DNA of 64,000 bases, taken from the NCBI GenBank assembly GCA_019912845.1, contig JAIOHU010000165.1, positions 14,039 through 78,038 on the forward strand, written 5' to 3'. The notes beneath the pieces are model-generated. The model saw only the letters and a program-made list of their open reading frames with translations. It was not told the DNA's origin and did not search any database. Every line of letters starts with the position of its first letter. Within the stretch, counting starts at the first letter, position 1. Positions 53,406-61,024 of the stretch are shown here, piece after piece. The translations under genes were made by a program, and so were the position numbers. Source of the DNA: a bacterium (GTDB lineage Bacteria > Electryoneota > Electryoneia > Electryoneales > Electryoneaceae).

Positions 53406-54575
53406 TTAGTTTAATGCAGCCTTGACTACTTTTTCAGCCGCATCTTTGAGATTAGCGGCAACAATAAAGTCTAGCGAGCTATCCTCGAGCATCTTGGCTG
53501 CCTCAATCGCATTCGTTCCTGCCAGACGTACCACAACTGGTACTTTTACTTCCATATCCTCATCACTCAGTGCATCAATGACGCCTTGTGCAACACGGTC
53601 ACAACGTACAATACCACCGAAGATATTGATCAGTACCGCTTTTACCGCTGGATCGGTGAGGATAATACGGAAGCCGTTTTTGACAGTTTCAGCGTTTGCC
53701 ACACCACCGACATCGAGGAAGTTTGCTGGTTCACCACCAGAATACTTGATGATATCCATAGTCGCCATCGCCAGCCCAGCACCATTCACCATGCAACCAA
53801 CATTGCCATCCAACTTGATGTAGTTCAGATCAAACTCGGACGCTTTCACTTCAGCAGGATCCTCTTCATCCTTGTCGCGCATTTCGAGAATGTCTTTGTG
53901 CATATAAAGTGCGTTGTCGTCAAAGTTCATCTTGGCATCGAGGGCGATAATTTGATCATCTCCAGTTAAAACCAATGGATTGATCTCGCAGAGTGATGCG
54001 TGGGTCGAGGTGTAAGCTTTGTAAAGTGCCATGAAGAATTTTGACGCTTGCTTCATCGCGTTTCCATCCAAGCCCAATGCGAACGCTAACCGTCTCGCCT
54101 GAAATGGCTGCATGCCAAATCCGGGATCAATCGCTACTTTTATGATTTTCTCAGGTGTTTCCGCTGCGACTTTTTCAATCTCCACCCCACCTTCAGTGGA
54201 TACCATGAATGTGTCTTTGACACGTTCTCTATCGAGAGTAATTCCAGCGTAAAATTCCTTCTTGATGTCCATTCCCTCTTCGATCAGGAGACGTTTTACC
54301 TCTCTGCCTTCGGGGCCGGTTTGATGGGTGATAAGCTGCATCCCCAGGATTTCACCGGCAGTTTTGCGAACTTCATCAATCCCACGTGCCAGCTTTACTC
54401 CGCCGCCTTTGCCTCGACCGCCAGCGTGAATCTGAGCCTTTACCACAACAACATCACCACCAAGTTCTTTCGCAGCTTCCACCGCTTCATCGACTGTAAA
54501 AGCAACTTTCCCCCGTGGAACTGTAACACCGAATTTCCGGAGGATTTCTTTTCCCTGGTATTCGTGAATCTTCAT
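53406..54575 (-). CDS. sucC: Succinyl-CoA synthetase beta subunit
   Basis: [17 protein letters not shown] from the ATG at 54575, with GGAAGGTG 8 nt upstream. ATP-grasp fold sequence runs throughout. Confidence 0.95.
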   Translation of the reverse strand: MKIHEYQGKEILRKFGVTVPRGKVAFTVDEAVEAAKELGGDVVVVKAQIHAGGRGKGGGVKLARGIDEVRKTAGEILGMQLITHQTGPEGREVKRLLIEEGMDIKKEFYAGITLDRERVKDTFMVSTEGGVEIEKVAAETPEKIIKVAIDPGFGMQPFQARRLAFALGLDGNAMKQASKFFMALYKAYTSTHASLCEINPLVLTGDDQIIALDAKMNFDDNALYMHKDILEMRDKDEEDPAEVKASEFDLNYIKLDGNVGCMVNGAGLAMATMDIIKYSGGEPANFLDVGGVANAETVKNGFRIILTDPAVKAVLINIFGGIVRCDRVAQGVIDALSDEDMEVKVPVVVRLAGTNAIEAAKMLEDSSLDFIVAANLKDAAEKVVKAALN

Positions 54576-54636
54576 GAAAAACACCTTCCCTGTGAACGTT
54601 ATATCTAAATATTATTAAGAAATTCAGTTACTCTAC

Positions 54637-54957
54637 TTAATTTTTCAAACTTCCTTCCGGCTTCTCAGCATCTTGACGTACAATCCATCTCTTCTTGACT
54701 GTAAACATCAATGGATGAAAAGCGATCAGTAAGAGTGTATATGTTATAAACACCCAACTCTTAGAATCAAATCCTGGAGAAAACCAGTTCAATGTTGTAA
54801 AAAGACCCCAAGCGAAGACTAATGTATCCCCCGCTACATCCCATTGTAAGAATCGCCTGCTGAAGCCACGATTCATGAATTTACGCCAAGAAAGAGGTGC
54901 GAATATCGCAACTACGACAATCAGGTCAACCAGAATTACGCCAAATACCGATTTCAT
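54637..54957 (-). CDS. Small hypothetical membrane protein (about 3 TM helices)
   Basis: 106-aa ORF with hydrophobic segments VILVDLIVVVAIFAPL, LVFAWGLFTTLNWF and VFITYTLLLIAFHPLMF. No family recognised. Confidence 0.5.
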   Translation of the reverse strand: MKSVFGVILVDLIVVVAIFAPLSWRKFMNRGFSRRFLQWDVAGDTLVFAWGLFTTLNWFSPGFDSKSWVFITYTLLLIAFHPLMFTVKKRWIVRQDAEKPEGSLKN

Positions 54958-54979
54958 CTCGCAGTCTCCAAGAAAAAAG

Positions 54980-55156
54980 CTAGGCAGCTTCGTAATGTCT
55001 GATTAATACCTGCACGCCAGAGATAGATGCTTTCCTGGCTTCTTCTAACAGCCTGTTCGCAACTTCATGAGCAAAGTACGTTTCGCCACAATTTTCGCAG
55101 ATATCCGCAGGAACATCCCGATAGATAATCGTTGTTCCGTCTAAATCGAATGTCAT
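54980..55156 (-). CDS. YgiT/MqsA-N-type zinc-finger-like small protein, apparently N-terminally truncated (58 aa, below the ORF-track cutoff)
   Basis: My own translation of the minus strand gives MTFDLDGTTIIYRDVPADICENCGETYFAHEVANRLLEEARKASISGVQVLIRHYEAA. The same frame is open upstream (..VIICIICKNGETEPGFGS) and would supply the first CxxC. It contains no ATG, GTG or TTG. Confidence 0.4.
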   Translation of the reverse strand: MTFDLDGTTIIYRDVPADICENCGETYFAHEVANRLLEEARKASISGVQVLIRHYEAA

Positions 55157-55423
55157 TGACCCGAAACCAGGTTCAGTTTCACCGTTTTTACAGATAATAC
55201 AAATGATAACTCTACTCCCAAAGAAATTCCATTTTGCAATTTCACTTAATCATAAATCTATTGTATTGTTCAGCAATCTCATAGTTCTTGCAATTGCTGG
55301 ATGACCAGCTGACGACTTGGTTCTTCGAATTCCATATCACAGGCTGCTGCAGAATGTTTACTTTAATAGTTTCAAAGAAATTGCTTACATTCATATTTCA
55401 CTAACACTATAAGATCACTACCT

Positions 55424-55460
55424 TCCTGGATGTCAGCTATCACAATGCTGGCATGACGCA
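55424..55460 (-). repeat. R1 hairpin repeat (inverted, one stem mismatch)
   Basis: TCCTGGATGTCAGCTATCACAATGCTGGCATGACGCA. Confidence 0.8.
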
Positions 55461-55542
55461 ATCTAACAAATTATCAGCTAATCCAAATATCCTGGATATT
55501 TTGAGTTCGTTCTTATTTAAATTTTTAATTCTTAATTTTTAA

Positions 55543-56502
55543 TTAACGAACTATCGTAGTTCCCGCTTTTCCGTCCATAGCATCAACCACATGAGTCAAG
55601 TCCGTAATAATGACTCGTTCACCGCCTTTTTCAAGAAACTGCAACGCCGATTCCATTTTCGGACCCATGCTTCCCGGCGGGAACTGACCCTCTGCCATAT
55701 AGTTACGAGCCTCGGCAAGTGTCAGATGATCCAAATCGACCTGTTCTGGTGTACGGAAATTCAAGGCAACTTTACTCACTTCTGTCAGAATGAGATAATC
55801 TGACGCTCCAATATTCGACGCCAGCACAGAAGACGCCAGATCTTTATCGATCACAGCATCTACACCTTCCAGATCGCCATTTGGTTCACGATATACTGGT
55901 ATGCCACCACCACCAGCACAGATGACAACATAGCCCTGATCGAGAAGAAATCGAACCGCATCCGCATTCAATACTTGCTGCGGAACAGGACTGCCAACAA
56001 CCCGTCGAAAACCTCCACGCCCCTTATCCTCACGTACTTCCCAACCGTCATCACGTTCCTTAGCACGTGCCTCCTCTTCCGTATAAACACGCCCAATCAG
56101 CTTGCTTGGATTTTTCAACGAGGGATCATTACGGTCTACCAGAACCTGGCTGACAATGGAGATCACAGGAAACTGAATACTTTCATGCTTGAGACGGTTT
56201 ATCAAGGACTGCTCGATCATATACCCCATCCAGCCCTGAGTTCCAGCAACCAGCACTCCCAGTGGAAGAACCGGAACATGATCCTTAGCAAGTTCGACTC
56301 TTCGCAAAGCATGCCCTATCTGAGGTCCATTGCCGTGAGTAATCGCCAGACGGTAATTTTTCCTCAAGATGGAAATAATGCCATCAAGGCTTTCACGTGT
56401 ATGTGTAAACTGATCTGCAATGGAAGCATTTGTAGTTGCTGGGCTTAGCGCATTCCCTCCCAGTGCTACGACTGCAGTGCGTGTCTCAGATTCTCTGGTC
56501 AT
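55543..56502 (-). CDS. arcC: Carbamate kinase
   Basis: 319 aa. Contains AVVALGGNAL, AITHGNGPQIG and VICAGGGGIPV. Confidence 0.9.
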   Translation of the reverse strand: MTRESETRTAVVALGGNALSPATTNASIADQFTHTRESLDGIISILRKNYRLAITHGNGPQIGHALRRVELAKDHVPVLPLGVLVAGTQGWMGYMIEQSLINRLKHESIQFPVISIVSQVLVDRNDPSLKNPSKLIGRVYTEEEARAKERDDGWEVREDKGRGGFRRVVGSPVPQQVLNADAVRFLLDQGYVVICAGGGGIPVYREPNGDLEGVDAVIDKDLASSVLASNIGASDYLILTEVSKVALNFRTPEQVDLDHLTLAEARNYMAEGQFPPGSMGPKMESALQFLEKGGERVIITDLTHVVDAMDGKAGTTIVR

Positions 56503-56776
56503 GGAAGGTTTTTTCCCTCATCTAGTAGAATATAAGGTGAACCATTTATTCAAATGCTTTCGCATGTGAAAATTGAAACATAAAAATATGTGGGAAACAA
56601 AGCAAGAATTCCTACATCTATGGATTTATGGAGATCAGTTGCCAGTTGCTCAAAACAGTATTAGTGTCAGACTTGCAATAATGAAAGGGTAGAGCTTAAT
56701 CTAAACCAGGAAACAATAATAATTTGAGGATTTCGCACCACTTTTTTCTTGATAAATCTTTGGTATAATGTGTAGC

Positions 56777-58111
56777 TCAAATTCGATATAAGATATTCAA
56801 ACGAAAAACTGTGAGGTAGGTAAACGAACGAAAAGTTTCATTCCAGAATTCGACCTCTGCAATTTCTTCTGGTGTAGCATCTTCAGAGAAAGTTGCGCTA
56901 TAATTATCTGAGAACAATCTTGTGTGCAGAATTTCAAACTGCATGGCAAAACTGCGGGTAAAGCCAAGTTCAACTCCGGCATGCATCATCAATCCAACCA
57001 GATAGTCCGATTTCTTCTCTTGCTTTTCACCACCCTCCAATTCGACACGAATACTCTGTCGAATGGTACCCATTCCCGCTCCTATGAAACCGCTTAATCC
57101 TGGATTGTAGCGTGAGTAAATAAGTGAAGAATGAAATGACTGTGCACTGATTTCAGGAACCCCTACTGCTCCATAATCGCGCCAGACTTTTGCGTCCAAA
57201 CCATCGCTTATGTTGGTATAACTGAAAGTACCAATTTTGAATCGCCAGGTCTCTCCAAATGCTGCAGCAAAACCATAACTATGACCATCACCAAGAGCAA
57301 GACGTGTATCGATATTGCTGCTCGAATGATTAAATGGTAGCCCCCCGGATGCCATGAGACGTATCGAAACCGGATTCTTGGGCAACTCTTGAACCTCGGA
57401 CATCTTCAATTTGACATACACCGAGTCACCCGGTTCAAAGTAGATTTTCTCTATTTTATTTTCATATCCCTGACGTACCGCTTTGAAGGTATATTCGTGA
57501 CCAGTGGGAAGTGCCAGGCTTAGCGGTGCAATTCCGGCAGGCTCATTATTTATTTCGATTCGGCTGTTTGGCGGGTCGGTATCAACATAGATCATTGCGG
57601 GAGGAAGCAATAAATAGTCGAGTAGACGCAAGCTTGCTTCCTGCAACATTGTCTCATATTTCATCCCACCTGTAGTAAACTCCTCACGATAATGCGCTAT
57701 TAACTGCTGTTTCCCGACATCAACTGCTCTGATCTCCACTGCAACCTTATTGCGAATCTGTTGCATCGCGCAGGAGATCACCAAGCCGACCTCTAATTCA
57801 CGCCCGATCGAATTCATGCAAGAGACCGCAATACAACCCTGTCCATTCTCCTGAGTCCATCTATCCATGAATGAATCAACCTTCGATTGATCTACCGGAC
57901 TCAGAATTTCACTCTCACCAATAACTTCAGCGATCACAATATGAAGTGAATCGGGAAGATCAATATCCTGCACATCACTCAATATCGGAAGAATGGCGAG
58001 ATACACCAGTGGATCATTCTCAACAAGTTCTGCAGCGACTGCTTGACCACCGCCAAAAATAGAAGTCTGACTGATAATCAACAAGATAAGTATGGTATGT
58101 ATTTTATTCAT
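56777..58111 (-). CDS. Secreted PEGA-domain protein with a beta-barrel-like C-terminal region
   Basis: It has a signal peptide (ILILLIISQTSIFG). The PEGA-type segment is IYVDTDPPNSRIEINNEPAGIAPLSLALPTGHEYTFKAVRQGYE. The C-terminal third has alternating strand-like patterns. Confidence 0.6.
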   Translation of the reverse strand: MNKIHTILILLIISQTSIFGGGQAVAAELVENDPLVYLAILPILSDVQDIDLPDSLHIVIAEVIGESEILSPVDQSKVDSFMDRWTQENGQGCIAVSCMNSIGRELEVGLVISCAMQQIRNKVAVEIRAVDVGKQQLIAHYREEFTTGGMKYETMLQEASLRLLDYLLLPPAMIYVDTDPPNSRIEINNEPAGIAPLSLALPTGHEYTFKAVRQGYENKIEKIYFEPGDSVYVKLKMSEVQELPKNPVSIRLMASGGLPFNHSSSNIDTRLALGDGHSYGFAAAFGETWRFKIGTFSYTNISDGLDAKVWRDYGAVGVPEISAQSFHSSLIYSRYNPGLSGFIGAGMGTIRQSIRVELEGGEKQEKKSDYLVGLMMHAGVELGFTRSFAMQFEILHTRLFSDNYSATFSEDATPEEIAEVEFWNETFRSFTYLTVFRLNILYRI

Positions 58112-58177
58112 TTAGCTCTTATTCTCGATTAGTTTCAGGCTTCGTTTCTCTTCCATCTAAGAATCATCCATTGTCAC

Positions 58178-59020
58178 TTATTCTTCGCCATACAATTTAT
58201 TCATTTTATGCACAAAAACATCCATCTGATGAAAAAGTCCATGCATTAATTCCACGTCTCTCTCCTCGAGGAGAGCACGATCAAACATACGACTGATCGC
58301 TAGTAAGTACCCTTCCAGATCAGGACGTGGCTGCAAACCTGTTTTCATCATTGTGCTGGCAGCATGATCAATTACCTGCCGTCTCCGATCATTGGTAGCA
58401 GGATTCCAGGGATATGCAGGCATCGGACCTCGTGCTGCTCGTGCAAGTTCATGACAAACAACCATGACCGATTGCGCCAGGTTCAGCGAAGGATAGGATG
58501 TATTAATGGGAATGGTCACCCACCAGTCTCCCAGCAATAGTTCCGAAAGGGTTAATCCATATTCCTCTCGTCCAAAAACAACCCCGACGGGACCATGCTC
58601 CCCAACCCCCAGAATATTCGGTGCAATTGCTTCCATTGGAAAAACAGGCTTAGAACGTTTACGGCGTCTGGCAGTAGTGACTGCAACCGCTTTCATCGTC
58701 GAAACAGCTTCTGCAAGTGTCCCATATTCCTCAACAGATTCGAGAATATCATGCGCCCCCACACCCATCGCCCGAGCTTTGCCAGTACGCCAGACATCCG
58801 ACCCCACCACGATCAAACGGTGGATGCCCATGGTTTTCATGGCACGAGCCGCTGCTCCGACATTTTCAGCACGACTCGGTTCCACAAGGATAATCGCCAC
58901 CTGTTTCAGACGGTCATCCTCAGCAAAACGCCACCAGCTTTCCGGAGTTGGTGGACCTGCTTCATGAGATGCGGGAAGCACAGGTCGTTTGGATAATTTT
59001 TTATTTCTATATCGTCTCAT
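58178..59020 (-). CDS. trmJ: SpoU/TrmH-family RNA 2'-O-methyltransferase (TrmJ-like)
   Basis: Contains IILVEPSRAENVGAAARAMKTMGIHRLIVV, VVFGREEYGLT and LNLAQSVMVVCHEL. It has an N-terminal ~35-aa basic extension, so the start is uncertain. Confidence 0.75.
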   Translation of the reverse strand: MRRYRNKKLSKRPVLPASHEAGPPTPESWWRFAEDDRLKQVAIILVEPSRAENVGAAARAMKTMGIHRLIVVGSDVWRTGKARAMGVGAHDILESVEEYGTLAEAVSTMKAVAVTTARRRKRSKPVFPMEAIAPNILGVGEHGPVGVVFGREEYGLTLSELLLGDWWVTIPINTSYPSLNLAQSVMVVCHELARAARGPMPAYPWNPATNDRRRQVIDHAASTMMKTGLQPRPDLEGYLLAISRMFDRALLEERDVELMHGLFHQMDVFVHKMNKLYGEE

Positions 59021-59161
59021 CGTTTCATCTAAATAGAGTTCAACCAGTTCAGCTAATGCAAGCGTATAGTATGCTACTTTTTCAATAGCCTTTCAACTGA
59101 AAATCAAATACTTTCGAGCCAACCCACAACTTGTATGGTTCACTCAATAGATGTACAAGCG

Positions 59162-59192
59162 TAATTCCATAATCTTATAATTTCATAATTTA
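59162..59192 (+). repeat. Second phased 8-nt-period TAATNNCA / CATAAT array
   Basis: TAATTCCATAATCTTATAATTTCATAATTTA lies in the divergent region between trmJ (start 59020) and the ATG at 59294. Confidence 0.6.
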
Positions 59193-59293
59193 TCGAAATT
59201 TCCCTCACTTGTTACCTGTCCGCAGCCCCTTTCTGGCTTGCAGGAAATTTGAGTTCGCACTATATTTCAGAAAACATGGACAAGGAGAAAACA

Positions 59294-60442
59294 ATGGCTG
59301 AACATCGTGTCTGGATTGTAGCAGATTTGCATGACTCTTACGGCACTCTTCATTTTGATCGCGGAGTTGCACTCGCCGAAGCGGCAATGCGTGAAGAAAT
59401 TGAAGAGATCACATTCATCAGCAGTAAATCGAACAGCAGCCTTTTCAAGGGATATAATCTTGATGGTGTTAGTTTCCTGGGAGTTGAATCCACCACCAGT
59501 GAAACACTGGCGAATCAGCTGATTGACATGTTAAAAGCTCATATTCCCAGCCGTGTTGATTCCCGACATCCACGTCCTCACTTGTATCTCTGTGGAGATT
59601 TTGATATCCAGGTCCAAAAAGCAATATGGAAAGCGGGCATTGAACTGACTGTCGTTCAAGATTGGGCAGAAGAAACGTACGCTGATTATCATGTTCTCGC
59701 TGGTGCAGATGGTGGTGAAGTGGATATGAAGTCACATACCGGATTCACTTATTTTCTTCGTGGTTCGCATTACGCACCCTTCCGTATCCACACGATGAAA
59801 TACATTCAGAAGCACCATCCGCATGCAACTGCCGCGTCAACATTCACCATTGCAACTGAAAATCTTGACTACACCACCTGGATTCCACGAATTATGCAAT
59901 GTGTCGCAAATATTCAGAAGCCAAAGGAATACACCTACGAGTGGAAACCGTCGGTGAAGATATTACCCGGACTAAACTGCCCGGACGCTGCCACGTTAAA
60001 AAAACTGGCAGAAGGTAAAGGGATTGATGTTGAGGTCATTGAAAATCGAACCTATCCGGCAGACGCGCTTTATCATACCGATATTCTCTTCTCAGCCGAA
60101 AACACCACACTTCATGAATCCCTCGCACTTGGCATACCACGAGTCTGCCTGCCTCTAAAAAGTTCAAAACATGATCACCTACTAGATCATCTTCAGAGAC
60201 GGGAAGCTTCACCACGGCTCCCGGAAAATCTCGAAAACTTCGCGCAGGATTTCGCAAATGATTTAAGTCGAAGTTCTTTCGATGCAGCTTATCGACGTGC
60301 ACAGGCGCGTATCGGTCAGTACCTGTGTGATGGCATGGGAAGTGTCCGGATCATACGTCAATCAGTCTTTAAAGTATATGAAGTTCCTCAGAATATGGTA
60401 CGATTCTTCGAGCTGGGCGACCCTATGATTGATAAAATGTAG
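59294..60442 (+). CDS. Hypothetical protein, possibly PseG-like / GT28-C-terminal-like nucleotide-sugar enzyme
   Basis: The ATG at 59294 has AAGGAG 7 nt upstream. Weak family resemblance in RVWIVADL...GTLHFDRGVALAEA, TVVQDWAEETYADYHVL, LRGSHYAPFR and DILFSAENTTLHESLALGIPRVCLP. Confidence 0.4.
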   Translation: MAEHRVWIVADLHDSYGTLHFDRGVALAEAAMREEIEEITFISSKSNSSLFKGYNLDGVSFLGVESTTSETLANQLIDMLKAHIPSRVDSRHPRPHLYLCGDFDIQVQKAIWKAGIELTVVQDWAEETYADYHVLAGADGGEVDMKSHTGFTYFLRGSHYAPFRIHTMKYIQKHHPHATAASTFTIATENLDYTTWIPRIMQCVANIQKPKEYTYEWKPSVKILPGLNCPDAATLKKLAEGKGIDVEVIENRTYPADALYHTDILFSAENTTLHESLALGIPRVCLPLKSSKHDHLLDHLQRREASPRLPENLENFAQDFANDLSRSSFDAAYRRAQARIGQYLCDGMGSVRIIRQSVFKVYEVPQNMVRFFELGDPMIDKM

Positions 60443-60466
60443 CAAGCAGTAGCCGGGAGAAGAATT

Positions 60467-60893
60467 ATGGCAGAGCAGCTTCCTGAACGGCAGTCAGGGA
60501 TGCTGATCTGCCAGACCGAGCGTGGTATAACACAGGTTGGTGTTCGATTGGCCAGACGACTCGGTCTGGCTTACACAGGCATCCATGGCAGAGCTGTATC
60601 AAATCACAAAACAGAATATCAGTCTTCACCTCAAAAATATCTACGAATCCAACGCGTTGAACCAAAATCAAGTTGTCAAGGAATACTTGACAACTGCAAC
60701 AGACGGTAAACAATACCTTGTTAAGCATTACAACCTTGATGCAATTTTATCGATCGGATACCGCGTACGTTCCCATATTGGGACACAGTTCAGGCAATGG
60801 GCTACTGCACGTCTTTAAGATATCCGAGCCTCAGAGAAGCGTTTTTATCAGATGATAAGAGATATTTGGATCCTCGCTGTTACGTATGGGTAA
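60467..60893 (+). pseudogene. Degraded RhuM-family gene (frameshift, in-frame stop, internal deletion)
   Basis: The N-terminus MAEQLPERQSGMLICQTERGITQVGV lies in one frame. WLTQASMAELYQITKQNISLHLKNIYESNALNQNQVVKEYLTTATDGKQYLVKHYNLDAILSIGYRVRSHIGTQFRQWATARL lies in another. TAA at 60816 is followed in-frame by DIRASEKRFYQMIRDI, a segment that in full-length RhuM proteins lies much further downstream. Confidence 0.75.
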
Positions 60894-60949
60894 AGCTACT
60901 GATCCCTATGCCTATCCGCTTGTCAGTAGTATTGATGCAATGTTTTACT

Positions 60950-60980
60950 AAAAAAACGGGCACTCCGAAGAGTGCCCGTT
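60950..60980 (-). terminator. Intrinsic terminator of the T9SS repeat-protein gene
   Basis: The minus strand reads AACGGGCACTC-TTCG-GAGTGCCCGTT followed by TTTTTT. That is a 10-11-bp GC-rich stem with a UUCG loop. Confidence 0.88.
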
Positions 60981-61024
60981 CTCTATATCCAAACGATTCA
61001 AAGAATCGAATAGTAACATCTAAG

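Noticed and set aside
55242-55394. A 50-aa ORF upstream of the zinc-finger ORF as a possible toxin partner.
   Set aside because: It has no recognisable toxin family motif and no RBS, it is in a different frame, and it begins right next to an R1 repeat. The evidence is too weak to call.
56749-56769. TTGATA ... TGGTATAAT, an extended -10 on the + strand pointing antisense into the PEGA-domain gene.
   Set aside because: The -35 to -10 spacing is only 9 nt, there is no + strand ORF or structure downstream, and this is a single AT-rich match likely to arise by chance.
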